64,000 nucleotides of DNA from an uncultured Saccharicrinis sp. (GTDB lineage: Bacteria > Bacteroidota > Bacteroidia > Bacteroidales > Marinilabiliaceae). The notes below the pieces were generated by a model. That model was not told where the DNA came from. It saw only the letters and a list, made by a program, of their open reading frames with translations, and did not search any database. Position numbers and translations under genes: made by a program. The stretch lies in NCBI GenBank assembly GCA_963677345.2, contig CAXXLC010000023.1:21991-85990 (forward strand), in the 5' to 3' direction. Below, one piece after another: positions 1 through 9,271 of this stretch; the stretch's first letter is position 1, and every line of letters begins with the position of its first letter.

Positions 1-1
1 A

Positions 2-289
2 GAATCCGGAATAAACACTGTATTTACACCTCAAGCTGATTTATCCGGCATATCCGATCAAAAACCTTTATTTATTAGCGCCATTAAGCATAAGACCTTT
101 ATTTCACTTAACGAAACCAAAACTATTGCTACCGGAGCAACCGCTGTTTCCATGGCGTTGACTTCTTTCAATCCCAAGTCTTCAGAACCCATTGAATTTA
201 AAGCAGACCATCCTTTTATCTTTTTCATCTACAACAAAAAAACTGATACAATCCTTTTTATTGGAAGGTATGTGAAAGTGATGAAATAA
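2..289 (+). CDS. Serpin family protein, C-terminal fragment (ORF runs off the 5' window edge)
   Basis: Frame-2 translation ends ...EFKADHPFIFFIYNKKTDTILFIGRYVKVMK*, which matches the conserved serpin C-terminal signature. Stop TAA at 287-289. Confidence 0.75.
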   Translation, partial: ESGINTVFTPQADLSGISDQKPLFISAIKHKTFISLNETKTIATGATAVSMALTSFNPKSSEPIEFKADHPFIFFIYNKKTDTILFIGRYVKVMK

Positions 290-607
290 GATTGTCATAA
301 AGCTTACCTGGATAAACCGGGATAGATAAGATATTTTGAGATAAGAAACTTATTTACATCTTCTAAATATATTTAGTTTATAGATTTTTATGCAAGCTGC
401 AAGTTCCTTTCTCCTTGTTCCCTGTTCCTTTCTTCTTCTTGCCCAAAATATTCTGCCAAAAAAAACAAGAATATTTGGGGTAAGGGACTAAGGTATCACC
501 TAAAGAAGGATTGGAAAAACGATTGGATATACCTACAACATATATCACAAGTTTTACAGCATCCTGTCAAAGAATAAATTACTGCTGCATTTTCAACAGC
601 TTCAAGA

Positions 608-2121
608 GTAACTATTCAGTCGAGCCTTAAACTATAGCAATAGCACGAAGCGTATCAAAGGGATTTTGAGAACTCTTGATAGCTGTATCTATAATAGATC
701 TTTGTATTGCATAATGATTTGCACCTTCAAATGATTTGAAGAAACCACTGACTTTTTGTTTTACTTTAAAATTTCTCACAGCCCGTTCCGAAGCATTATT
801 ATCAGGAGGAACATCAGGTTGATTTAGGAATGTAAATACATAATCAGCATATTTTACTAATCTGTTTCTAAAGACAACCACTTCTTTTAATGTTTCGCTA
901 ATCTGCTTATTCTGGAGTTTCACAAATGATTTAAATATTTGTGCTTTAGTTGCCTTATCATCCCAATTATTGTTGTAGATTTTTAGGGCTTTAATAATAA
1001 GCGTTTTCATTTTCGATGCCCAGTTGCTTTTGGGATATTTCTGGATAAAGAATTCAAGCTCTCTTAAAAGATGGGCAGTACACAATTGGTGATTCCCTGC
1101 TTGTGTTTTAAAATAAGGTTTCCAACAATCTGTTACCAAAGTATTGTTTTTAAAACCTTCCGGCATAATTTCCTCAATAGCATCATAACCTCGTTTCTGA
1201 TGAACGGATAAAAAGGTAGATTGTGCATTTTGAAAGACCCATGCCCAATGAAGTTTTCCATTAATATTAGTTCCTGTTTCATCAGCTCCAACAGTACAAT
1301 GAGAAAGTACATTGTTACGTATTTGCTCGTAGAAAGGAGTTGCTTTTTTAGTGAACTTACCAATCAGATAGTTTAAACCTCCAGTACTAATTTTTAACCC
1401 TAATATGGTATTAAAGAATTCACGCAAGCGGTCATAAGGCATATATTGGCGAGTGTACATATAAGCAGCTAAGGCCTGAGCGTTTGTACCATAACTAACA
1501 GGTGTATTTACTTGATTAGGATAGCATCCCTTGTTTACCATTCCACAACTGCATTGTTTATGGTAAATACGGTGTTCGGTAATCACTGGTTTAATAGGTG
1601 GTATGTCAATTACCTGACGCCTTCCTGCAAATGTGCCTGCAATATCTGAAAGATTATTGCCACAACACTTACAATAATTTGAATAGTGTTCTTGTATAAC
1701 TGTTGGTTCTTCGACCATTTTTAGTGTATTGCCTTTATGTCCTGATTGCCCTCCTGGTTTTTTGCCTGATTTTTTTCGTAATGATTGTGTTCTAGGTAAT
1801 TTGGGAAAATCAGATGAAGGTGGCTTGCTGCTATTTCTACTGTTCTTTGGTGTTTCATAATGAGAAAGACGTTCTTTGAGGGTGGCATTTTCCTTGCGAA
1901 GTTCCTTGTTCTCTGTTTCGAGTTTATTAACTCTAACAAGTAAGGCATCTAATTTTTCTTCTATACTTTTCTTCTTTCCCATGCAGATGCAAAGGTCGAC
2001 ATACCTACTCTTTACTGAAACTATATTTCATATTCTTTATTCACAATTTTCTTTATTTCAGTAATACTTATCAACATTCTCCAGAAAAATTTATGTTTTT
2101 AAAATTTGACTGAATAGTTAC
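608..2121 (-). mobile_element. IS66-family insertion sequence, single-ORF (ISBst12-like) type
   Basis: The transposase ORF is bracketed by perfect 14-bp inverted repeats GTAACTATTCAGTC (608-621) and GACTGAATAGTTAC (2108-2121). IS66-family ends typically begin GTAA. No clean target-site duplication is seen. Confidence 0.8.
627..1982 (-). CDS. IS66 family transposase
   Basis: 451 aa. It has an N-terminal leucine-zipper-like coiled coil (LETENKELRKENATLKERL), a Cys-rich zinc-finger segment (CKCCGN...CSCG) and a DDE core with ADETG and CTAHLLRELEFF motifs typical of IS66 TnpC-type transposases. Confidence 0.9.
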   Translation of the reverse strand: MGKKKSIEEKLDALLVRVNKLETENKELRKENATLKERLSHYETPKNSRNSSKPPSSDFPKLPRTQSLRKKSGKKPGGQSGHKGNTLKMVEEPTVIQEHYSNYCKCCGNNLSDIAGTFAGRRQVIDIPPIKPVITEHRIYHKQCSCGMVNKGCYPNQVNTPVSYGTNAQALAAYMYTRQYMPYDRLREFFNTILGLKISTGGLNYLIGKFTKKATPFYEQIRNNVLSHCTVGADETGTNINGKLHWAWVFQNAQSTFLSVHQKRGYDAIEEIMPEGFKNNTLVTDCWKPYFKTQAGNHQLCTAHLLRELEFFIQKYPKSNWASKMKTLIIKALKIYNNNWDDKATKAQIFKSFVKLQNKQISETLKEVVVFRNRLVKYADYVFTFLNQPDVPPDNNASERAVRNFKVKQKVSGFFKSFEGANHYAIQRSIIDTAIKSSQNPFDTLRAIAIV

Positions 2122-2220
2122 ACAATTTTAAATCAGAATTCTGGAAGCAAAAAAATACTTGTAAATACTTATCTTATTCATATACAGAACTAAGAAATGC
2201 GGATATTTACTAAAAATAAA

Positions 2221-2871
2221 TTAATTCACAACTTTAACACTCTTCTGGTAAAACTTACAATATTCCTGCAAGCCACATTTTGAACACTTTGGTTTTCGGG
2301 CAATACAAACATATCGTCCATGTAATATTAACCAGTGATGTGCTATGGGTAGTAATTCCTCCGGAAAGTATTTAACCAATTGCTTTTCTGTTTCTAATGG
2401 TGTTTTTGAGTTTGTTGTTAAGCCAATTCTTTCTGAAACTCTGAATACATGAGTATCTACAGCCATTGCAGGTTTTTCAAATACTACACTTGCAATAACA
2501 TTAGCCGTTTTACGTCCTACTCCTGGTAATTTCTGAAGTTCTTTTATATCATCAGGCACCACATTATTAAAATCATTAACCAACATCTTGGCCATTCCAA
2601 CCAGATGCTTGCTTTTATTATTGGGATAGGTACATGAACGTATATAATCAAAAACCTCTTCTGGTGTTGACTCAGCCAATTTATCCGGTGTAGGAAAACG
2701 TTGAAATAAATCAGGAGTAATCATGTTTACCCTTTTATCAGTACACTGTGCCGACAAAATTACAGCAACCAATAATTCGTAAGGATTAGAATAATGCAGT
2801 TCAGTTTCAGCAATAGGCATATTTACCTTAAACCATTCTATTATATTTTCAAAACGTTCTTTCTTTGTCAT
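2221..2871 (-). CDS. nth: Endonuclease III (DNA glycosylase/AP lyase)
   Basis: 216 aa with the HhH-GPD motif LPGVGRKTANV and the C-terminal 4Fe-4S cluster loop CIARKPKCSKCGLQEYC. Confidence 0.95.
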   Translation of the reverse strand: MTKKERFENIIEWFKVNMPIAETELHYSNPYELLVAVILSAQCTDKRVNMITPDLFQRFPTPDKLAESTPEEVFDYIRSCTYPNNKSKHLVGMAKMLVNDFNNVVPDDIKELQKLPGVGRKTANVIASVVFEKPAMAVDTHVFRVSERIGLTTNSKTPLETEKQLVKYFPEELLPIAHHWLILHGRYVCIARKPKCSKCGLQEYCKFYQKSVKVVN

Positions 2872-3322
2872 AACTTATAAAACAACTTCATACAATACTC
2901 TTACAACAGACTATTGATTAATTACAAATTCCATCAAGAGTTGAAAACTCTTTCGTAAACACCCAATACCCTTAGGGATTTCATCCCTAAAACCCTGACT
3001 TACTTTCCTTTTCTTGATAAAAGAAAGTAAGCAAAGAAAATCAAGACTGCGCCTGCTTCGTTATAAAAACTACGGTTTTCTGCTCTAAATCACTAAAAAC
3101 TCACACCTTCCTGCGTCAGGTGTTCAAACAATATGCGATTTTTCGACCCAAAAACCTTGTTTTTATACTCACCAGACGAGGTCTATGATGTATGCGAAGC
3201 TGTAAAACAACTTTTCAACCCTTGATCCGCATTACAAATAGAATAATAAATTGATTAAAGCAATTTTTGGATACCACCATGTAAATCAATCTTTTGTCTT
3301 ACGTCTTTTGTCTAATCATCTA

Positions 3323-4147
3323 TTACAAAAACATTAATAAACTAACTGCCATAACCACCATTCCTGCAAACAACCCATAAATAGATAAATGGTGTTCGCC
3401 ATATTTTTGAGCCGCCGGTAAAAGTTCATCAATACTAATAAACACCATAATTCCTGCTACTCCGGCAAAAATAACCCCAAACATGGTGGGTGATAAAAAC
3501 GGCATTAAAACCAAGTAACCAACTATAGCACCAATAGGTTCAGCTAATCCCGATAAAAAACTTAATCTGAAAGCTCGTCTTCTGCTGCCTGTTGCAAAAT
3601 ACACCGGTACCGAAACGGCAATACCTTCCGGGATATTATGTATCGCAATAGCAACTGCAATGGCAATACCTAAATTCGGATCAGTTAATGCAGCTGTAAA
3701 AGTGGCTAAACCTTCCGGAAAATTATGGATACCAATAGCCAAAGCTGTAAAAACACCCATACGCATTAAATGACTGGCTTTTTTACGCTTCTCCTCTGTC
3801 ATATCCTCAATTTTCTCCATCTCATGAGGGTTTTCTGCTGAAGGAATAAACTTATCAATAAGTGCAATCAATAACATCCCGGCAAAGAAGGAAATTACAG
3901 TTAACCAGGTTCCCCACACCTCATCATATGATTCAACAAGATTATCTTTAGCTTTTACAAAAATCTCAACAAAAGAAACATATATCATTACTCCTGCTGA
4001 AAACCCAAGCGCAACAGATAAAAATTTCGTATTTGTTTTCTTTGCAAAAAAGGCCATTGCACTACCAATACCCGTTGCTAAACCAGCAAATAAGGTGAGT
4101 CCGAATGCCATTAAAATCTGATCAAAGGAAATTTGACTTAAATCCAT
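3323..4147 (-). CDS. zupT: ZIP family zinc transporter ZupT
   Basis: 274 aa polytopic membrane protein. It carries the conserved HNFPEG and HNIPEG metal-binding motifs of ZIP/ZupT transporters. Confidence 0.9.
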   Translation of the reverse strand: MDLSQISFDQILMAFGLTLFAGLATGIGSAMAFFAKKTNTKFLSVALGFSAGVMIYVSFVEIFVKAKDNLVESYDEVWGTWLTVISFFAGMLLIALIDKFIPSAENPHEMEKIEDMTEEKRKKASHLMRMGVFTALAIGIHNFPEGLATFTAALTDPNLGIAIAVAIAIHNIPEGIAVSVPVYFATGSRRRAFRLSFLSGLAEPIGAIVGYLVLMPFLSPTMFGVIFAGVAGIMVFISIDELLPAAQKYGEHHLSIYGLFAGMVVMAVSLLMFL

Positions 4148-4307
4148 AATAATATCTTCACATATAATAATTAACGGGAAACTATTTCACACGACAAAAA
4201 AAACGAAATGTTACTAATAATACTAGTATTATCAATGTATATTAACAAAAAAACAAATATTAGATGGTATTCGTGTAATAATACTATTGATAGTTCAATA
4301 AATCATT

Positions 4308-4315
4308 TATTTTTG
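4308..4315 (+). promoter_or_regulatory. Bacteroidota sigma-A -7 box (TAnnTTTG)
   Basis: TATTTTTG lies about 36 nt upstream of the ATG at 4351. Confidence 0.45.
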
Positions 4316-4350
4316 CGTCAAATACTTAGCATAGAAAATATTTGAGAGAT

Positions 4351-5334
4351 ATGAATCACATAAAAAGGTTAATACTTTTTTTAGTGTGTAGCTTATATAT
4401 AATAAGTGCCTTTGCACAAGAAGCACCCCCATTAAAGACAGCAATTCCCCTAAAGGGAGAAGGGCTTTATTCCTTTATGGTCAGGAATAATCTCAACCCC
4501 GATAAACACACTCAGCAATTTTTGGATTTAAACAAAGGGAAATTTGGTAAAAACAATTCATTATTACTGGATGTATCCTATAAAATACCTTCAACAGAAA
4601 CCTTTTTATATGAACCTTTATATGGTACCGAAAGAGAAAAATTCAAATTAGATTCTGATGTTTTAAACGATGCCGTGTTTTATCTGGTTAGTGGTCATGG
4701 AGGGCCTGACCCAGGGGCTTTAGGTAAATATGGTGATAAAACTTTAGCTGAGGATGAGTACGCATATGACATTACACTCCGCTTGGCAAAGCGACTACAA
4801 GAGAATGGAGCAAAAGTAAATATGGTAATTCAGGACAAGAATGATGGTATAAGAGATGACTCATATCTTGAACTGGATAAAGATGAAGTCTGCAATAATG
4901 AAGAAATTCCTTTAGAACAAATTGACAGGTTAAAACAACGTACAAATTTTATCAACCAGGAATATATAAAAAATAAACCTGCTTATCAACGTTGTATTAT
5001 CATACATGTGGATTCCAGAAGCAAAGGAAAAGCTATTGATGTTTTCTTTTACCATTCTCCCAAAAGCAAATCAGGAGAAAAAACAGCACATGAATTAGTA
5101 AAGGTATTTGACGAAAAATACAATCAGCATCAACCATCAAGAGGGTATTCAGGAGTTGTATCTCCAAGAAATTTATTTCTTTTAAGAAAAACATATCCAA
5201 GTGCTGTTTTCATTGAACTTGGTAATATTAGAAATTACAGAGATCAACAACGTTTTATTATTGAAAACAACCGACAGGCTTTAGCCAATTGGTTATATGA
5301 AGGTTTATTGAATGATTATAAAAACAAACAATAA
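4351..5334 (+). CDS. N-acetylmuramoyl-L-alanine amidase (Amidase_3 family), secreted
   Basis: It has a signal peptide (MNHIKRLILFLVCSLYIISAFA) and the GHGGPDPGA motif typical of Amidase_3. The track ORF starts at TTG 4342, but ATG 4351 is the more likely start. Confidence 0.8.
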   Translation: MNHIKRLILFLVCSLYIISAFAQEAPPLKTAIPLKGEGLYSFMVRNNLNPDKHTQQFLDLNKGKFGKNNSLLLDVSYKIPSTETFLYEPLYGTEREKFKLDSDVLNDAVFYLVSGHGGPDPGALGKYGDKTLAEDEYAYDITLRLAKRLQENGAKVNMVIQDKNDGIRDDSYLELDKDEVCNNEEIPLEQIDRLKQRTNFINQEYIKNKPAYQRCIIIHVDSRSKGKAIDVFFYHSPKSKSGEKTAHELVKVFDEKYNQHQPSRGYSGVVSPRNLFLLRKTYPSAVFIELGNIRNYRDQQRFIIENNRQALANWLYEGLLNDYKNKQ

Positions 5335-5452
5335 CGTATAGCTGACAATCCAAAATCAAAAGATAAATTTAAACTCATGGCAAATTAAATATTGACAAAC
5401 AAGCTTATACTGTTTTTTGTCTTTATTCTTTTGTCTTTATACTATTTACAAT

Positions 5453-6352
5453 ATGAAACCTACATTATTAGTTCTGGCAGCAGGAATGGGAAGCCGTTAT
5501 GGCGGATTAAAGCAACTTGATTCCCTTGGACCAAGTGGCGAATCTATTATCGATTATTCCGTTTATGATGCCATTCAATCCGGATTTGAAAAAGTTGTAT
5601 TTGTCATACGTCATTCGTTTGCAGATCAGTTTAAAGAACGTTTTGAACCAAAACTAGCAGGTAAAATTGAAGTAGAATATGTATACCAGGAGTTAGACAA
5701 CCTACCTGAAGGATTTAGCGTTCCTGAAGGACGGGAAAAACCATGGGGAACAGGTCATGCCATGCTTATGGCTAAAGAAGCCATAAAAGGACCTTTTGCA
5801 ATTATTAATGCAGATGATTTTTACGGCAGAGAAGCCTACCAAACTGTTGTTGACTTTGTTCAAAACAGTAAAAACGACCATGAATATGCCATGGTTGGCT
5901 ATGCATTAAACAATACCTTATCTGAATACGGAACTGTATCAAGAGGGGTTTGTGAATCCGACACAAACAACAACCTTGTAAACATTATCGAAAGAACAAA
6001 AATTGGTTATCAGGACGGAAAAATTGTTTACTGGGAAGATGAAAAAACTACTGAATTAACAGGAAAAGAACCTGTTTCGATGAATTTTTGGGCATTCAAG
6101 AACTCATTTTTCCAGGCTCTTGAAGATGGATTTATCGAATTTTTAAAGACAAAAGGTACGGAGCTAAAATCGGAGTTCTACTTTAATGCTTTGGTGGATA
6201 AAATGATTAAAGCAGGAAAAGCTTCTACTAAAGTTTTAAGCAGTGATGCAAAATGGTTTGGTGTAACCTACCAGGAAGATAAACCTATTGTACAGGAAAG
6301 TCTGAATGCTTTAATTAAAAAAGGTGTTTATCCATCTAACCTTTGGGCATAA
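5453..6352 (+). CDS. Sugar-phosphate nucleotidyltransferase (NTP_transferase fold)
   Basis: The N-terminal LVLAAGMGSRYGGLKQLD matches a glycine-rich nucleotide-binding loop. The start is chosen at the internal ATG (MKPTLLVLAAG). Confidence 0.7.
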   Translation: MKPTLLVLAAGMGSRYGGLKQLDSLGPSGESIIDYSVYDAIQSGFEKVVFVIRHSFADQFKERFEPKLAGKIEVEYVYQELDNLPEGFSVPEGREKPWGTGHAMLMAKEAIKGPFAIINADDFYGREAYQTVVDFVQNSKNDHEYAMVGYALNNTLSEYGTVSRGVCESDTNNNLVNIIERTKIGYQDGKIVYWEDEKTTELTGKEPVSMNFWAFKNSFFQALEDGFIEFLKTKGTELKSEFYFNALVDKMIKAGKASTKVLSSDAKWFGVTYQEDKPIVQESLNALIKKGVYPSNLWA

Positions 6353-6396
6353 TATAGAATAACAGTAGGTAGTCTTCAGCCCTCAGTACGTTATAA

Positions 6397-6447
6397 ACTG
6401 AAGACTGAAAACTGTCAACTGTCAACTGAGTACTGAAAACTGTAAAT
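6397..6447. repeat. Heptamer-phased simple repeat (ACTGNNN)x7
   Basis: Reads actgaag actgaaa actgtca actgtca actgagt actgaaa actgtaa. It is preceded by a 9-bp hairpin, agtcttcag...ctgaagact. A near-identical 20-mer (gactgagtactgaaNactgt) recurs in the 488-bp tandem unit. Confidence 0.8.
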
Positions 6448-6448
6448 T

Positions 6449-6967
6449 ATGACAAAACCAGAACACGTATTTAAATATTGTCCCAAATGTGGTTCTAAGA
6501 AATTTAATTTTGAAGGAGAACGCTCATTTCTTTGTTCCGATTGTGGATTTCATTACTTTATTAATTCTTCGGCTGCAGTAGCTGGATTGATTCAAAATAA
6601 AGAGGGGGATCTTATGTTGACAATAAGAGCTTTCAATCCGAACAAAGGAATGCTTGATTTACCCGGAGGATTTGTGGATCCAATGGAATCAGCAGAATCT
6701 GCCCTGAAAAGAGAAATAAAGGAAGAACTAAACCTGGATGTGATTGAGATGAAATATTTAACTTCATTTCCTAATGAATATATCTTTTCCGGATTCTCAG
6801 TCTTTACAACAGACATGGCTTTTATATGCAAAGTTGATGGTTGGGAAAATATGCATATTGAGGATGACATAACAGATATTGTATTTGTAAATCAACAAAA
6901 CCTGGACTGGAATCAGGTAAGTGCACCCTCAATAAAAAACATCATTAAAGCATTTTGGCAGCAATAA
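6449..6967 (+). CDS. NUDIX hydrolase with N-terminal zinc ribbon
   Basis: CPKCGS...CSDCG forms a zinc ribbon. The NUDIX box is GGFVDPMESAESALKREIKEELNL. Confidence 0.85.
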   Translation: MTKPEHVFKYCPKCGSKKFNFEGERSFLCSDCGFHYFINSSAAVAGLIQNKEGDLMLTIRAFNPNKGMLDLPGGFVDPMESAESALKREIKEELNLDVIEMKYLTSFPNEYIFSGFSVFTTDMAFICKVDGWENMHIEDDITDIVFVNQQNLDWNQVSAPSIKNIIKAFWQQ

Positions 6968-7239
6968 TATTTTACTTTAATAATAAGAAAATACACTAAC
7001 AACAGTTTAACAACTAATTACAAACCTAAAAATCTGAAACTTATATCAGAGATAAACATTTTTACTAAAAAAAAAGCAAATTGAATATATAATGGGCATT
7101 TTTTAGCAATTTTGTACGAGTGTAAAAATAATAGGTAAACATATTAAATGACAAAGTAATTTTAATGATCCTTTATTTTCTGATTCAGGATGATTAAATT
7201 TATTAAAATCACTTATTCAAAACTGAAAACTTAAAACAG

Positions 7240-8532
7240 ATGAATCCGCAAGCACAAGAATTAAACGAGGTAATTTTCGCAAAAAATCCTGCTGTTTATG
7301 ACTTATTAAGTGAAAAAGGAAAAAACATTTTCTTTCCTAAAAAAGGTATTTTAGGTCAAACTGCAGAAGCAAAAGGAACAAAGATTAACGCCACAATCGG
7401 AGCTGCTATTGAAGATGATGGTACCCCTATGCGTTTGGAATCTATCGCCTCAAAAATTGATTTGGATCCATCTTTATCCTTTCCTTATGCTCCAAGCTTT
7501 GGTCGACCTGACCTGAGAGCTAAATGGAAAGAAATGATCTACGAAAAAAATCCTGCTCTCAAAGGCATAGAATTAAGTTTACCAATTGTAACAAGTGCCC
7601 TGACTCATGGTATCAGTATGGCTGGTTACCTATGGATGGATGAAGATCAGGAAGTAATAGTTCCTAATTTATTTTGGGGAAACTATAACCTGGCATTATC
7701 TAATGCCTATGGTGCTAAACTTGTTAAATTTAACTTATTTAAAGACAACAAATTTGATGTTGATTCCTTAAAGGAGTGTTTATTAAGTGATGGCGAGAAA
7801 AAAGTTGTTATATTAAATTTCCCTAACAACCCAACTGGTTATACTCCTGCAACTGATGAAATAAAAGCTATTGTAGCTGCAGTTAAAGATGCTGCTGATG
7901 CTGGAAAGAAAATTGTAGCCATTACCGACGATGCATACTTTGGGTTAGTATTTGAAGAAGGAGTTGAAACTCAGTCGATTTTCACTTATCTATCAAACAT
8001 CCATGAAAATGTATTAGCTGTTAAAATCGACGGTGCAACCAAAGAAGATTATGTTTGGGGATTCAGAGTTGGTTTTATTACCTATGGAATAAAAGGTGGT
8101 TCTGAAGAATTGTATCATGCCTTAGAAATGAAAACAGCAGGAGCTGTTCGTGGTAATATTTCAAACTCATCGAACTTAAGTCAATCTTTATTACTACACG
8201 CTTTTGAAGCACCAGACTATGCAGAACAGAAACATAGCAAGTTCATTATCATGAAATCCAGGTATCAGGCAATCAAAGAAGCTTTACGTGAAGATAAATA
8301 TGCAGAATTCTTTACTGCTCTTCCGTATAATTCAGGATATTTCATGTGTGTGCAATTGAAAGAAGGACTAGATGGAGAAGCTATTCGCGAAATCTTAATT
8401 AACAAATACAGCATTGGTATAATTAATTTAAATAATATTCTTAGAGTTGCTTTTTCAGCCATGGCAGCTGCTGATGCAAAAGAATTATTTGAAGGAATAT
8501 ACAATGCCTGTAAAGACTACAAGAATCAGTAA
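7240..8532 (+). CDS. PLP-dependent aminotransferase, class I/II fold
   Basis: 430 aa with NFPNNPTGYTP and a GATKEDYVWGFRVGF (Lys-containing) motif pattern typical of class I/II aminotransferases. Confidence 0.85.
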   Translation: MNPQAQELNEVIFAKNPAVYDLLSEKGKNIFFPKKGILGQTAEAKGTKINATIGAAIEDDGTPMRLESIASKIDLDPSLSFPYAPSFGRPDLRAKWKEMIYEKNPALKGIELSLPIVTSALTHGISMAGYLWMDEDQEVIVPNLFWGNYNLALSNAYGAKLVKFNLFKDNKFDVDSLKECLLSDGEKKVVILNFPNNPTGYTPATDEIKAIVAAVKDAADAGKKIVAITDDAYFGLVFEEGVETQSIFTYLSNIHENVLAVKIDGATKEDYVWGFRVGFITYGIKGGSEELYHALEMKTAGAVRGNISNSSNLSQSLLLHAFEAPDYAEQKHSKFIIMKSRYQAIKEALREDKYAEFFTALPYNSGYFMCVQLKEGLDGEAIREILINKYSIGIINLNNILRVAFSAMAAADAKELFEGIYNACKDYKNQ

Positions 8533-8552
8533 TTATAATTAATTCAAAATAT

Positions 8553-8583
8553 AAAACCGCATCACAAAATGCGGTTTTTTTAT
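8553..8583 (+). terminator. Rho-independent terminator
   Basis: The hairpin aaaccgc-atcacaaaat-gcggttt is followed by a T-run, 20 nt after the stop codon. Confidence 0.7.
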
Positions 8584-8641
8584 ACATTTTTCTTTCATAA
8601 GATAATAATTACTTATAGCTTTAATCCATAAGCGTATTGTT

Positions 8642-9271
8642 ATGGAAACCAAGGATCTTTATTTAAAAGAAAGAAAAGAGGTAGCTCGTTTTATGAGAAA
8701 GCTTTATAAAAAAGGGCTTACAACTAGTTTAGGAGGTAATATCAGCAAAAGAATTGGCGATCATTTTTTAATTACGCCAACTGAAATTGACAAAGGAACC
8801 ATAAAAGCGAAACATATCATTATCCTGGACAGAAATGGTAAAAACATAACATCATGGCTTAATCCCAGTCGCGAAACAAGTATGCATCTCCAGATATACA
8901 AAGATCACCCTACTATAAATGCCATTGTACATTGCCATACTATTTTTGCTTCTGCTTTCTCTGCAATGGACATACCCATAAATGCACATTTAGTTGTTGA
9001 ATCACGAATGATTATTAAAGATCCGGTAATTGCACCCTATGGACTCATCGGAACTCTGGAATTGGCTAAAAATGTAAGTGACACTTTTGCTGAAAACAAG
9101 GTTTTGATTATGGAGAACCATGGAGTTACAGCCATTGGATCAGAGATGATCAAAGCTTTTGATCGTATTGAAGTACTGGAAAATGCAGCAAAAATGACTT
9201 TCATTACACAAATGATGAACGAGGTAAGATCATTATCTGATGATCAATTGGAACAAATTGATCATTTATGA
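8642..9271 (+). CDS. Class II aldolase/adducin family protein
   Basis: 209 aa with GGNIS and the H-x-H metal-site context (AIVHCHTIFA), the family pattern of fuculose-phosphate-aldolase-like proteins. Confidence 0.8.
   Translation: METKDLYLKERKEVARFMRKLYKKGLTTSLGGNISKRIGDHFLITPTEIDKGTIKAKHIIILDRNGKNITSWLNPSRETSMHLQIYKDHPTINAIVHCHTIFASAFSAMDIPINAHLVVESRMIIKDPVIAPYGLIGTLELAKNVSDTFAENKVLIMENHGVTAIGSEMIKAFDRIEVLENAAKMTFITQMMNEVRSLSDDQLEQIDHL

Noticed and set aside
1133-2064. Small ORFs (1133-1363, 1721-1948, 1876-2064) as possible IS66 tnpA/tnpB accessory genes
   Set aside because: They are nested within or antisense to the transposase ORF and show no TnpA/TnpB-like sequence. The element appears to be a single-ORF IS66 subgroup member.
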